64,000 nucleotides of DNA from Bugula neritina (taxonomy: Eukaryota > Animalia > Bryozoa), in NCBI GenBank assembly GCA_964035545.1, contig OZ037767.1, positions 27,730,628-27,794,627 of the forward strand, read 5' to 3'. The position numbers were made by a program, and so were the translations under genes. Below the pieces are notes generated by a model that worked only from the letters and a program-made list of their open reading frames with translations, was not told where the DNA came from and did not search any database. Of the stretch, positions 10,901-25,200 are shown one piece after another. Numbering within the stretch: position 1 is the stretch's first letter; each line of letters starts with the position of its first letter.

Positions 10901-13178
10901 ACATAGTCTTGTAAATTGCTTCTGCTTTGTCACAACTCTCATCACATCCTGCTTTGCTAAGTTAGCTGGTCGTAAATCACTTGTAGCTGCCTTCATAAGT
11001 AGGCTTCGAACTCGGTTGGAATTAGTGGGGAAAGTAAACCTGTCAAAGCATACTTCCTGTAATCCAGGTAACGAGGATTCCTTGGAATGAAGACAGTCTG
11101 TCCCTGGAGACAAAGTTGATCACCGATCAGCTCTCTGAGCTGAACAAGAAAGGAATACTAACCATAAATTCTCAGCCACGAGTGAACGGCCAGCCTTCTA
11201 GTCACCCGGAACTGGGCTGGGGTCATGCCGGAGGTTATGTGTACCAAAAAGTGTGTTTTATTTTATTTTTCAGTTGTAATTGGCAATTTTTGGTTGCATT
11301 AAATCACATGGGTTACATTTGTTAGGCTTATGTTAGTTCCTGAGCTTTACAATATACAAACTCTGTGTAGTAATTTTCAAAGGTTGCATAATTTATTGCA
11401 ATGCTACAGCCTTCTCATGACTTCTATTAATACTTAGTTTTAAAGTTGTTTTCTCTTGGACTGAAATGCTTGACTACTGTTTGTAAGGTTGGTAGTTGTT
11501 TTCTCTTGCAATAAAATACTTGTCTGTTTTGTAGGCATATTTGGAGTTCTTTGTATCTGCTGAAAGAGCAATGGTGCTAAAACAAATAATATCCAAATAT
11601 GAACCAAGAGTCAACTACCACATCATAAACTACAGTGTAAGTAGAATTCTATACAATCCAACACATAAATTCTATTAGGTTTGAAATGCTGGTACAACGT
11701 ACAATGTCATTAATTACAAAATTCATTCAATTTGAGGTTTTGGTGAACATGCGTTTGCAGGGGGATGATGATTTCACCAACTGTGACAAGCTGGAGCCTA
11801 TTGCCGTTACTTGGGGTGTGTTTCCTGGTAAAGAGATTATACAGCCAACTGTGGTGGATCCTATTGCCTTCACCTTCTGGAAGGTTTGTTGTCTTAGCTT
11901 CTAAAGCATCTCATCAGCTAGTAGATATTTGTTAGTTGAATTTTCTCTAAGCTTAGTCATACATGTAAAAGTTCACAAGCAAATGTTAAGTTAGAAGCAC
12001 CGGAATCTTGTCAGTTTTCAGTTATGTTTCATATTTTCTGATAACATGCAACATGATCTTATACTACGGTGTGCAATTGCTCAATGATATTCAAAGTGAC
12101 TACTGATAGCTAAGTGTCGTTATGCTACTGTTTAGAGTTGTCAGCCGACAAAGTCAAGAAACCTGCCAGCTGCTACCAGCTTGTTGCATATTTGACTCTC
12201 CTCTTTTAGGATGAAGCCTTTGGCCTGTGGGAAGAATATTGGGGGTCGCTGTATCCAGCCGATTCGACCTCGAGGAAGGTCATTGACCACATTGTACACA
12301 ACTACTATCTGGTGAATCTTGTTGACAACTGTTATCCTGAAGAAAGCATTCTTTGGAAGGTTTGTTGCCTTGTTGGCTGATTGTTTTATAGGATGTGTAG
12401 CTGAGTTTGAGATTTGATATCTGCATCAATACTAGGGTTTATATTCTCTGTAGAGTTTATATAAGTTGATATGTTTATCTCAATCAAACAGATCGGTGAA
12501 AACAATTGTTACTGCTAGTCAGATTTATTCACTCATACATCTCTGACTATACTAGTTGAGTTATAAAATATACAACATCCTTCATCAGGGTTGCATGTGA
12601 GCCCAACTGTATAAAAACTTATTAGTATATATTGAATTAGAAGCACCAAATTATATCGGTTTTCAGACGTATTCCATTCCATGTACGACTGGCTGTTCAC
12701 TCCTATATTAACTCTAATAAACTGTATTGACAGGTATGTGAGGATATGCTGGAAGTGTCCGATAAGCAACTCAAACAGAATAAAAACAGAAGCAGAGCGA
12801 TGGCTGCAGGTATTCAAATACTCTTCAATATATTGCATGTCTAATATCTCAGCACACCCTCTGTTCACCTCACAAATAAAACGTTGATCTTTTGAGATTA
12901 TTGAAAAAGATCATCTCTACACTACACTAAATTCATGAACATGTCCTACTTCTCCAACTGTAACTCATGGTTCTGTGTATATTTCAACATGTTGAATAGT
13001 CCCGTCGTATTTATCTACTTCAACTAAATTATGTGATCAATGCTTGTGCTGGCAGCTTTCAGTGAGTGTAACAAAATCCTCTCCTTTATTATAACAGAAA
13101 TATTCATATTTAGGTGATGATGGGTATAAAGCATGGCCACAGAAAGTGAGGAAATACTCCGAGAGTAATGAGAATTAA
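1977..13178 (+). CDS. MTHFR: Methylenetetrahydrofolate reductase, about 675 aa, 13 coding exons
   Basis: Exons 1977-2191, 2758-2996, 6176-6289, 6565-6758, 8981-9178, 9345-9504, 9916-10124, 11068-11250, 11535-11636, 11761-11883, 12210-12359, 12734-12809, 13114-13178 join in frame (2028 nt). Motifs: [93 protein letters not shown]. The last exon is the least certain. Confidence 0.96.
3602..4379. mobile_element. Non-autonomous DNA transposon (MITE), 778 bp, in an MTHFR intron
   Basis: TIR of about 27 bp, CAC(C/G)GGCTTTCCATGTACCGATCTCAG, at both ends with one mismatch. TAT flanks both sides (3599-3601 and 4380-4382). Subterminal arrays of AGATCGATCT and CATGGAAA. Confidence 0.85.
7581..7651. repeat. 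28-bp tandem repeat, about 2.5 copies
   Basis: The unit ccatt(a/g)gtcaa(t/c)tctgttttct(c/a)tgcag is repeated. Confidence 0.7.
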
Positions 13179-13994
13179 AGACATTCAGTTTCAATTATTA
13201 GGAGTTATTCTCTTGTTGCTGTATAATTATTCTATTGTATAGTATTCCGAAACTTCAAAATTAAAAAACCTCAGAAACTTTTAAAATCCTCAACATTTAA
13301 CAGTATTATTTGTATTTTTTAACCATGGTGGGTTTTTATTCACTTTTATCTACTTATGATGATTTGCTGGGACCAACTCAACTATCCAACTTATGAAATT
13401 CTCCTTAAACAGCAAGTACATAAAAAACATGGCTAAAACCTTTGGTCAGCACCATGTACTAATAGCTTGTAGCAGTAGACATAAATCAAACTTCCTTGTC
13501 AGTGTTTTTGCTAGTCGATCTCATGTGTTCCATTAAACTACAACTGTTTTATCTCGATTGTCGTGGTTAGTTGTTAGCTTAACAATCATGTTGAATATAC
13601 TTTTAATGAATTACTTGTTTTTAGTTAAGAAATAAATATATATTTTGTAAAATCTGAACACTTGTAAAATTAGCAAAGGGGTGGTGTAAAGCTAAATGTA
13701 TGAAAAGTGGATATAAAATGAGCACACCCATCACAAATATTGCACGCGACGGTAGTCGCACAAGACTGGGCTAAACAAGTGGCAGCCATTACAAATCATT
13801 AAGTTTAAAACTAGAACTACATACACTAACTTCAAATTGAAGCTCTCCCTAACATAAGATATATGTATGTAAGTACATAGACTACTGTGTGAAACGAGCG
13901 AGATAAGTAAAAGTTCCACGCATAAAACACAAATATTAACTGGCATTCTTTCCATCATACCACAGAGATTTCTATTCAGCTTGTTCAACAGAGT

Positions 13995-16900
13995 TTACAT
14001 ATTTTTGCCACAGTCGGGGCAAACAACGAGGTTATTGCAGACGAGAAAACCCTGACCAAGAAGACTCTTCTCACATTTGGCGCACATGAAACAGTCTGCG
14101 TGCCATTGACGCCCTTCGAAAGCCACATATTTGGTTGCTTGTCCCAAACCTACAATAAAACGCTCCAAGTGAACATAAAAAGATAAGTTAGTTAGTTATT
14201 CGTACCAAGGAAAACCGAGTAAACTATTGCATGCTGATTATTATCATAGAGCACTGTTACTCTGAGTCAATGTTGATACCTCAGGCTAACAACTTTAATG
14301 GCGATTTCCTGTTTCCTCCAAAACTTGGAATATTTAGTGGTAAAATTTAAATGTGTGTTTATGTAAAAGTAAAATGATAGTCTGTGAATACAAAATAAGC
14401 TGAAATATATACACATGGTCTAAAGTCTAAACACTACCAGTACCACATAATGATATGTTGAAGTCGTGCAGCTTACAGTCGTAAATCAGCCATCTTACAA
14501 ACACCTACTAATTTATTGTGATAAAAGTAAGATGACAGCTTTGACTGTTCTTTAAAGTAACCTTTAAAGCTCAAACAATCAACCTCAGCAAGGTAAACTG
14601 CAGTCATGGATAGAAATCATAATGGGGAGTTGTGTTGGTAAAAAAATTATGATTTCAAGAATATCTTGGAACAAAATCAATTTGGAGTTATCCACTTTTT
14701 ACAAGTACTGCAATACATAATATTCTGAGGCTACAAGCACAAGTCTAGAGGTTAAAATAAATAGCAGAAGTAAACAGCAGCAACTACAGAAGTTTACAGT
14801 AGCCGTGGAGTTGCTATAAACAAGAGCGCCTAAACATAAAATGAATAAACTATACCAACCTGCTAGCCTAATCTAAACAGCCTCATGCTTAGCTAGCAGC
14901 GCATTCTATACAACATAGAGTTAAATTCTACAGACGCAAAGCTTGTACCACCAGACCAGCCGTTTGATCCCCACAAGTTACTTTTCAATTTAATTTTTTC
15001 ACCGTAGTCAAATGACGAGCACGCCAAATACTAATCTAGAGGTAAACCAGCACCCCACTGAACAGGAAACAGACCGGGATCGCCAAACCAAATTATATCA
15101 CCTGCAATAGGTTGTCCGCACTTTTCACAGATCTTTGCAAACGTTTTAATGTAGCAATCGGGGCAGTAAGGCAGGTCGTCTTTGGTAGCAAACTTGACGT
15201 TGGCTAGCTCAGTATCGCAACCCGTGCATAAAAAGCATTCCCGGTGATAAGCAATATCTCGAAATGTCACCCCACCTTGCAGAAGTACCTGGTTTAAAAA
15301 CAGAACACAAATTAATTGATGCGAAAGCTGTGGAGAAGTGCTTTACATCACATTAGCATATCGTGAATCAGATTCAAAACAGTGTTCTTTTCAAATGCTA
15401 AATAAACTCAGTTTTATATGCAATATATTTGTTAAGAAAGCAAATAATAAACGTGTAGTAATGAATTAAATATTAATAAAAATAATTAAGAGGGTAAATG
15501 AAAAACCCAACTGTAACTGACCTGCAAGAAGCTAAAAGAAGAAAGTGACATTTACTGCCATTATAAACAGTATATGCACTATATGTACTATTTCTACTTT
15601 AAAAATAAATTATTTATAGTCTATACGCCATCTACAATGTGAAGCCTGAATGCCCTAGTTAAAGCCTCAACACTACACACATTTAAGTGTCGACAAATTG
15701 TTGATAAAGCCTAACCCTGTATTTGTACAGTGTTAGAGCAATACCAACACAAACCAACAATAAGTATGCTGATGCTAAGACGCCAACCAGTATCAAGTAC
15801 AGCTTGAGTCATTAATTCAACTAATATCAAGTATAACTTGAGACGCTAACCTAACTAGTATCAAGTACAAGTTAAGTCACTAACTCAACCATTACCTCGC
15901 CACATTTTCCACATTTCTGAGCAAACTTGTCATTATAGCAAGTCATGCAGACGAGCTTTCCTTCCTCCTTCGGCACGAAGCTGTTGTTCCCTATTGGCTG
16001 AGAGCATTCACTGCACGTGAAGCATTCGTTATGAAACTTCTGCCCGTTGTACTCAAACTTTTGCATTCCTAAAAGTAAGGCAATCGAAGACATGGTTGAA
16101 ACAGAAAATTTTGTATAAGTTTTAGATTAAATTTCACAAATCGATTAACTGGAACAAATATGGCTATTAAATTAGCAATAGATCAGTAGCAGGAAATGCT
16201 AACCATGTTTGAATGTGTTGGAGCAAGTATCGCATCTCTGGGCAAACTTTCCATCGTAACAGTCGGGGCAGTAGAGGCCGTTGTCCTTGGCAACAAACTG
16301 CTGATTGGCCAGCGACCCTTGACAACCCCAGCAGAGGAAACAACTCTCATGCCAATGTCTTCCTTTGTATGACAAGTCCTACATAAAACATAAAGTGCCA
16401 ACTCAGTCCATCTTAAAGTTTCCCACAGATAACTGGATCTACACAACTATTGTACAGATATCTAGCCTCAGCTACTCAGCGTAGATCCGTCTGCTGGTAC
16501 AATGACCTTGACCTAGCAGTTAATGACCAGACCAGGCAGGCAAGGGGTCAGAACTCAGGATGCTGCCTCTTGTATCAGTTGCACAGACTTACTGTGCTGA
16601 CACAACACGTGGGTCACTGTCACATTGCACAATGAGCTAGGCTTCTATTTAACATAAAACTGAAATTCTAGGTCTAATGAGGTTGAAGTGATACATAAAT
16701 ATATACAGACATATTTGATACTGGTTTGTAGGGCGAGTGGGTATAGCTACAGCTGCTGGTTACTAAAACTGCTATAATAAAAGTCTTAGAGAGAAACTAT
16801 AGATTAGAGTGTTGTTACTAAACACTTGCTATTATCAACCACTTGAGTTAAGTTTACAATTCAATAGGAGTATCAGTGAGCACACAGTATATGAACTTTC

Positions 16901-19375
16901 TCAACTAGCAGCAACACAGAATGTAAATATAAAGAATGCCGGCACTAAATAAATGCAATTTTATTACATGCATGTCCTGGAATTTAACGCTGTTGGTAGA
17001 GTTTATATTAGCTTGAAGAAAAATATAATAATTATTGAAGAAAATTTCTAAAGAAACGCTAAAATATTCCCTTAGGTATCATATTATACCGTGACAATAA
17101 AACTTCTCTGCCCTGCAGTTAGTAGTAGCTTGTAGTATAAAATATCTATATTTGATGTGGCAACTGTGTAATACAGTCAGGCTAAGCAGACATAGTGGGT
17201 TTATATATTTAAGAATTTATTACAGGCCAGCAACAGACATGCTATAAAAATACTGACTGAAAATGACTGTTTATGGCATAAAACTTCATACATTCTGCTT
17301 GAAATCAGGTCAAGTATTGAAACTGCTATACAGAGTGGGTAGGTGATTGCTACAGGGAGAGGCGATTGCTACAGAGAGGGTAGGTGATTGCTACAGAGAG
17401 AGCAGGCTATTGCTACAGAGAGGGTAGGCTATTGCTACAGAGAGGGTAGGTGATTGCTACAGAGAGGGTAGGTGATTGCTACAGAGAGGGTAGGTGTTTG
17501 CTACAGAGAGGGTAGGTGATCTGACACACATATCACTATTGGTAGATCTAATCCAGGAGCAGAGAAAACAACCCTAGAGCTCCTATTATTTTTCAATATA
17601 TATGATAAACTATACAGCTGCCTAATTTCATCCTCAACTGCCCTTATGTACCCCCCATCTACCCTCATATACTATCACATATTATATATTTGAATGCAAG
17701 CAACAAAAACTGTAAGTACTAAAAGATTCTGCCATCATTTCATGGTACCTGAGTAACCTGTTAGTTTAAAATATTTTATGGTCACCACCCAACCACCATC
17801 CTTATAGCCAGTATTGTGAGTATTAACTGCTACACATTAGCCAAACTGGCCTACATATTATATGGCACAACAACTAGCCATTACAACATCCGTAACTTGA
17901 TCCTGTAGGCATGCACCGTATTCCCATCATATCCTTATATGAAGATATAAAAAGTGCATTTTGATCAGCTTATGAATGCTGCTGGCTAGAGCAATGTAGT
18001 TACAAATATGCAGCAATGCTTATTCAATGCATCATGTGGTGATTCTGTAACATTTACAGCGTATATCAGAAGGCTAATGAAATGGTAACTACCCAATTAC
18101 TCTACATCATGTTTATATGGCCAGCACCATATACTATATATATGTATATATCTAGCTGCTAGCTGCTAATGTCTATCAGCCATCAATATAAACGACTTCA
18201 ACATTTAGAGATGCATTGCTAATTGCTTATTGCAACATTAATTACATAAATGAACAATGTATGAGCAGACAAACTCTGTTCTAAGTTGAAATAATAATAC
18301 AAATCAACAAATATAACCATAGGAGATGGAGTAACGTGTCTAGTGATGGATAGCTAGTAATCTGAGAATTGTACAAGGGCAGAAAATTTCAACAGAGTGG
18401 AAAAAAAATTTTCTTTTTTAAAATGAAAGCATAAAATGGTCCTTGCAATATTTTCAAGTCAAAATATATATCTAAAAAATTAACCTAGTACAGGAATAGT
18501 AAGACTTGAACTTTGTGTAGGAACTACATATTAGATATGTCTAACACAAAAATACTTTACCTTGAAATCAGTACCAATAGCCTTTTCACATTTCTCACAT
18601 TTGTTGGCAAACTTGTCTTCATAACAAGTTAAACACGTGGGTTGGTCTTGCCTCAGCACATATCTTTTACCTGCACCATTACATATACAAATTATTAATT
18701 TACCTGCATCAAGTCACAAGCTCATTACAACTAAAACGACATAATTGTATGCATCGATTGTTCCAAGGTAGTATATTTCAGGTCTGTCTTTTTGCTTTTA
18801 AAAACATGTGAACTTTTGATAAAATTTTATAGACAATCATATTTTAAATTGAAAATAATTTTTAAAATCTAATTAAAATTAAAAGAACTTTGTAATGCTT
18901 CCATTAATAAATAAACTATTTAACAAAACAGTTGGTCTATATTAATATTCTTATAACAACCATATTCTTATAGACTGTGTTTTGCTCACTACCATTTCAA
19001 TCAAGCTTACCAAAATATAATTTGAACAAAAATCATGTGTCATTCTAAAAGATGTCAAACAAAAATAAGGAATTAGAAGAATAACAGCAGATTAATTTAA
19101 TACTACTTATATAAGTTTACATTAAAACTTAATTCTACTTGAATACTTTTAGAAACTTAAATTATATACAAATTTGAAACATATGCAGCAATTAAGTGCA
19201 CAAGCGAATGTTTTTAAATAAACATATAGTCTAAAGATTCATAACAAGAATGTCTGAGAGAAATTTAAAAAAATTACAAAACAGAAAGATCAGATGTTCT
19301 ATTGGAAAACAAAAGGTGGTAATTCAACTCACCTGTGAGAGGATTGGAACATTGTGAACAGTTGTAATGCTCCAT
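13995..19375 (-). CDS. Four-and-a-half LIM domains protein (FHL family, FHL2-like), 280 aa, 6 coding exons
   Basis: Exons 19375-19333, 18670-18561, 16378-16204, 16068-15896, 15288-15102, 14149-13995 are in frame. An N-terminal half LIM (MEHYNCSQCSNPLTGKRYVLRQDQPTCLTC) is followed by four LIMs (DLSYKGRHWHESCF, FHNECF, YHRECF, WHADCF). An in-frame TAA upstream of the ATG in the same exon means no PET domain on this isoform. Confidence 0.93.
17329..17520. repeat. 22-bp minisatellite (GCTACAGAGAGGGTAGGTGATT), about 9 copies, in an FHL intron
   Basis: Directly visible tandem units with few substitutions. Confidence 0.9.
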
Positions 19376-21784
19376 GTGGCTACAGGTGTGTTTTACTAGC
19401 TGGAGCGAAAATTACCTGAAAAGCAAATAAAAACATTACTTTATTTTATACTAATAGTATGATTATGATGCACGGTAGCTTCTAATTTGACAAAGTCCCA
19501 GGGGCAAGATGATGTTTGTCCCACTTGTCTTTTTATTATATGTTATTACGAAATAGAATTACGTTACATCATCAGATGTTTTGAATAGTTTGTGTGAATA
19601 AAGCCATCCAGTTTTAAATTAAAGGTATTAGTTGCTTTTATTATGTGCAGTCTAAAAGGTCGTCCCAAGGAAAACTGTTAGACGTTACATAGTTTCTAAT
19701 TAGACATAAACAGCACCACAAGTTGACACTGTGAATGTGATACTCATAGTCATGCTCATACTGATTACCGCAACAGCAACTCTCTATGAGTTATGATTAT
19801 ACAGGGAAAAATATCATAAGCACCAGCCCCAGACTGAGTATAGTACCTACATCAAATGAACAGCTAAAGTCAACATCAGTTATAAAAACTGAACTGCCGC
19901 CTAGTAATTGCAATTGAGAAACAATGACAATTCACACCCAATTGACACTTGAAAGTTTACAAGAATGACCGCACAAAACTGGTTTTGGCCTCTGGCAGTC
20001 AGAAACTAAACTACTATTATTATTATTAAATTTAATAAGAACATAAATATTTATATTATAACAATTTGAATTACTATAACTATAAGTTTAAGTATCAGTA
20101 TAATAGAACAAATAGTAATACTAAATGATTAAGCATAAGACATAAAAATAACTAAAAGCATAAGATTAAGTATAACATTTAGTTTAACTTCAAATAGACG
20201 TGGTAACACTATTGGTATTAGTATTACTATAACTATTACTATTAGGTTACTATTAGTATTAGTATTACGATTAAATTTACTCTTAACGTTACCAATACTA
20301 ATAGTTATAGTAATAATATTACTATAAGTATAAACTTCAAATTAAATGTAGAAAATGAAACTAAAATAATTATAAAAATGCTAATCACTTTCAATTAATC
20401 ATAGTGTTAATCATAATGATAATGAAACTTAAAGTTAAACTACAGTATGAGTATCAGTGTGAGCATCAGTATTAGTATTAGAATAACAATATACGCTATT
20501 AGTATTACACTAATAGTTATAGTATTACTATTAGTATTACTATTACTATTAGTATTACTATCAGTATTACTATTATAAATATATTTAATTTTTATGCTCA
20601 CACTGACGGTGACTATTGACTTTGAGTATCAGTATTGTATTCACAAAAACCTGTTAGACTTAGTCATTGGTGTTATAAATATAAACACTTCTATTCACAT
20701 TTAATTTTATGATATTCGCATGACAATAAGGCAGTTCCAAGTGTACGTGATGCCCATGACGATAGCTATTGAATCATTCATTCACTGATTCAGACAATCA
20801 CAATGTCATTGTCACTGTGATGATCCTGTCATTGTGATTCACCCACGAAACGCAACCGTTTAAAAATTGCTAGAAAGCAGCACCGAGTTGGGGATAACTG
20901 AGTGCAGAGTTTGCATAGCCATAATTGTCCAAATTTCAAACCCTAACGCCAGACTCGAAACTCCAAACTAATGAATGCACTAGATGATCATTAGCTCCGT
21001 GCTGCTTCTAGCCATTTTTTAACTTTCTTTATGTCAATAAACTTGCTAACTCTCTTCGCTAAACTTGCCTATGTTCCATAATGCGGTGCAATAAGCCTTA
21101 GTTCAATTAAATGTGCGAAGTTGGCCAACAGGTGCAATTGCCAGTTTACAATTATTATAAAATATAAATTACTAGTTTTGAATCAGATAAATTTATTCAT
21201 TTGCCAGTACGATTATAATATTATTCCCATTGGATTAATTTTAGACGCGTAGTGTTTCTGAGTGAAGTCATAATAATAACAATAATATTGTGTTGGAATG
21301 TCCATTATGTGACGAGCAGGAGTTGAGAGCCACTTCTGCAAGTTCGTAGTATAATTAGTATATGCTTAGTTATTCTATGATACATGTTTTATACAATGAT
21401 TATAAATAGTATTGAGTAATCCAGTATTTATAATCACTATTTGTTAATAATGGCAACATTAATTCTGACTGTTCTTATAAAAATCCTTTCATTCCCTAAA
21501 TACACCAATAATAGATTTTACAATGATGTGACCGAGTTACGAGCCAAAGCTTTTTGAGATTCCATAAAGCACGTCACTATAATCTCACAAACAACTCTTT
21601 CATGATCTGCCTTCATGTTGCAACACATCGAAATCTGTATTCCTGCCATAGACGACAACTAATGGGTTTTCGTAATAAATATAATTGCTCCATCAATTTT
21701 ATTAGGTCATGTGATTAAAAGTTGCACAGTAGAGTTTTAAATTGGACATTTTAATTTGAGCTAAACAAATAGAACTTTACATTC

Positions 21785-21931
21785 AGGTGCAGTAGTGGAG
21801 AAATTTCAATAGCCTAAATTCTTTGATTTTCTTTATAAATTTCGGTTTGGGGTGTGGGTTGAAATTTTCACTGAAACATTTTTAATCTAGAACACAGGCT
21901 TTTCGCAATTTCTCTATTACTGCATCTACCT
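21785..21931. mobile_element. Small MITE-like repeat, copy 1
   Basis: Inverted ends AGGTGCAGTA / TACTGCATCT. The internal sequence (aatagcctaa..., tttttaatctagaacacaggcttt) is shared with 29623-29789. Confidence 0.7.
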
Positions 21932-22115
21932 CAAGTTTGGTCCTGTAAAAAGTTGTCTTATGAAATAAGGCAGGCATGTTTCATATACAAATGTCAAATC
22001 AAAATTTATGAGCTCAGGCTAAAAGAAAAATTCTGCAGGCAACAGCTATGAACAGTGTAGGTTGCATGGAACTAATATATAGGAAACAATATAGTGTAAT
22101 ATACCATTCTTGAAC

Positions 22116-22232
22116 AGGGAGCAATCACGATCTGGTGGGAAAGGTGCTAGCGCTAGGTTATGGGTTCAAAGCCCATTAAGGCAGTTGGTGGTGTCAGAAA
22201 AGGCATCGTGGTAAAATTGCTAAAAGCATAAC
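22116..22232 (+). mobile_element. Degenerate tRNA-derived SINE head, same or related family as 33152 and 59000
   Basis: Starts agggagca, has a B-box-like GGTTCAAAGCCC, then ttggtggtgtcagaaaaggcatc..taaaatt, which matches the body of the other copies. Confidence 0.55.
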
Positions 22233-25200
22233 ATTTAGGTGTAGGACTACAGCGTCTAGATAAGGAAGGTGAGAAATAGAGAGAAATCTGGAAAAGCCTG
22301 TGTTCTAGACAACAAACATTGCAGTCATACGTCTCCAGTTCTACACCTGCCCCTGCTTTCTTAACATTGCTATTGTAACAAACATAGGCAACATATCCAG
22401 TTGGTTTGTAAACCAACATATTAGTTACCATCGTATTAGGTTAGGTATCTTGTAAACAACTCAACACACGACTGTAGAGTATAGACTATAATAGTCCATA
22501 ATCTTCAGACTATAATACATAACCTTTTATAGGAAGAAATGTAGCTGAAACACATGAATTATACACACAAAAGTAGCTACTCTTTATTCCATAGCAGATC
22601 TTATGCAGCAAACCTGTCTAACACATTATTTGTTAAACTAGCCATCAAAATTGAAGCCATTATTTTCTCTAAAAATGAATGTAACTTGAAAAACTCACCA
22701 CTTACTTGGATAGCTGGTCTGTTAGTACACTCTACAAGCAGATGATTAGAGATACCAGCTTAGCACTACAACTGAATCTAGCACGTAGCACATACCACAC
22801 AAGTAGTAAAGTAATAATATATCCAATCTGGCGTGTAAATATACATTCCCATTGTGAATCTACTTATAGATAAGTAGCCAATCAACTCACTCAAGCCGGT
22901 AATAATAGTATTCTCCGGTAATATACATATTATAAAGGTTAGTGGGTTTTGCTCAGAGCTTGCCTAATAATGGCAATGATTAGAATAATTATACATAACC
23001 CGGTTTAGAAACTAAATAGTGCGTAGATATGAATAGCCTTCCAATATAATTCTGAAACAGTAGTTGGTATATAATGGCGTAATAGTTATATAATAATGGT
23101 AGTAATATAACTTTTAAGTTCAGAAATAGTGCTAAATATAGTAATAGCGTTGAAACTAGCTTTTAGCTAAATACTGTAACATTCCATAAAGCTGCTACCA
23201 AGATTGCGAAGTAATGTTATAAAGCTTACATCGATATCAGCTTTTACAAGCTGGTTCTGAACTTTAATGATGTTATTGGAGCAGAACGACTAGCATTGAA
23301 GTTTCATAAAGAGCTGCAGTTTCCTCTCAACAAATAACAAGCGACTTCAGGGTGAATTTGATGCCAGTATAGAATACACTATACAACAAGTTCATGATCT
23401 CCTAGAGATAAGAGCAGTGTCATCATGGTCTGTTATAGTTTATTACTCTATTATTCAAAAGAATTAAGAAGCGAAGTATTTGAAAACATCAGCCCACGTC
23501 CGTTGCACAACTCAATGCAAAAGCAATTACATCATATAGCTTCATTGCCTAAAGTTTGATCACAAGCCTGGATACCTGAGTTTAATTCATTTCGTGGAAA
23601 GTTCTGAATTGATAACTAACTGTTAAACAAGTCTAGGACTACCATGAATTGCACTGAGTACAGAGATTTGGAACTGCTGTCAGCTCAACTCTATCAGTTG
23701 CTGACCTGACCTTTAGAATAATTATATTATATTTCAATGATTGAAAATTGACTCGTGTCAATGCTCTTAATTTAGCTGATAAGATAACATCAAATATTCC
23801 AGAAAGTTCCTTGCCTGCAGAGTAAACTAAATTACATTGGGGTTAGAACCCTTCTCCAAGCAGATGTATTTATGTTAGAATTCACTGCCTCTAATATACA
23901 GATGGTTAGAAGCATGTTATACTCTTATTAGTATAGTATATGTTGCATGTATGCATGTTTAATCTAAAGCCATTAATTATTATAGACCTCCCTGTTGCCT
24001 ACTCAGTTGCAGCATTCTACATATCAAATGCCTGTCTAATGTACATATCGGCTGCCTACAGCTATACCTGTTTCTTCAAGTGAGTTAATTAGCAGACGAT
24101 ACATGGAAAGATGGGCAGGTAGGTGTTTGATGAAATGCTCTAATCCTAGAACTCAAAAACAATTAATTAGTATGATTGTGAGCTCTCATAAATATACATC
24201 ACACCCAAGACTACATACACCCTTGTGTAAATTGTTGAGATGAAGCTTTAATAATGAGTGGACAACTCTTAAGTGAATTTTATTTAGCTCATGATTAAAA
24301 TGAAATAATTTACGTATATTTATATAATCTGAATTATATATTGTCAAAGTAGGCAGCTATAAAATAATAGTTTTAGTTTTGCAATCAAATGAACTGACTA
24401 CATGCATGTGTTGTAAAATTAAAATTGAAGTAAGGTAACTCAATCGAGGTTATATATTTATGGTAGCATTGTAAGTAATTGCAAATTGTATTGAAAGAGC
24501 AAAAATGTTTATGTAATACACCGCTTGCTATGACATATAATGTAGCAATCTCTATCTCCAGCTCTCTTCCGGATGCCAACGCATTAATAGCTTACACTAC
24601 GACAACTTAGTATATTGTGTTATAAATCTTGTACTGAAAATTCTCTTTAATGTATAAAGTATTTTACGAATGTGTATAATTATTAGGATGAACTTCTGAA
24701 TTGAACAAACATAAGAAGGAAAATATTTTAAGATTCAACATCCTAACACTTTAAAAATTGTTAGAAATGACAAATATGGTAGTTATCTCCCCAAATGACC
24801 CAGCTTGGCCTCATTTGAGATAACAAGTGTGATAATAGAAATTCATAGTACCATAACATAGCACAGTTTTAGAGCTTTAGGTCAATTCAGCTAAACACAA
24901 TTATTACTTTAGTCCAGCTTCTAAATTCAAACCACTTTGTGTGTTATTGTTCTACAGCAATGATTGTACCAATGGTTTTTATTAGTTATCTTCTCTTTGG
25001 AGTCAAAAGAAGTAGAAGACCTTTGCAAAGATCTAATTAAAGCTGCTTTGCACATTGCATACATTTTTTATCTTTATACACTTTTCATTTACAAAATAAT
25101 TTGATTATATACCTAATTCCCTATTTTATAAGAAGGAATATTTTGTAGCTAGCATATTAGTTAGTACAAGCTCTGAAAACAATGTATATTAATGTATTCT

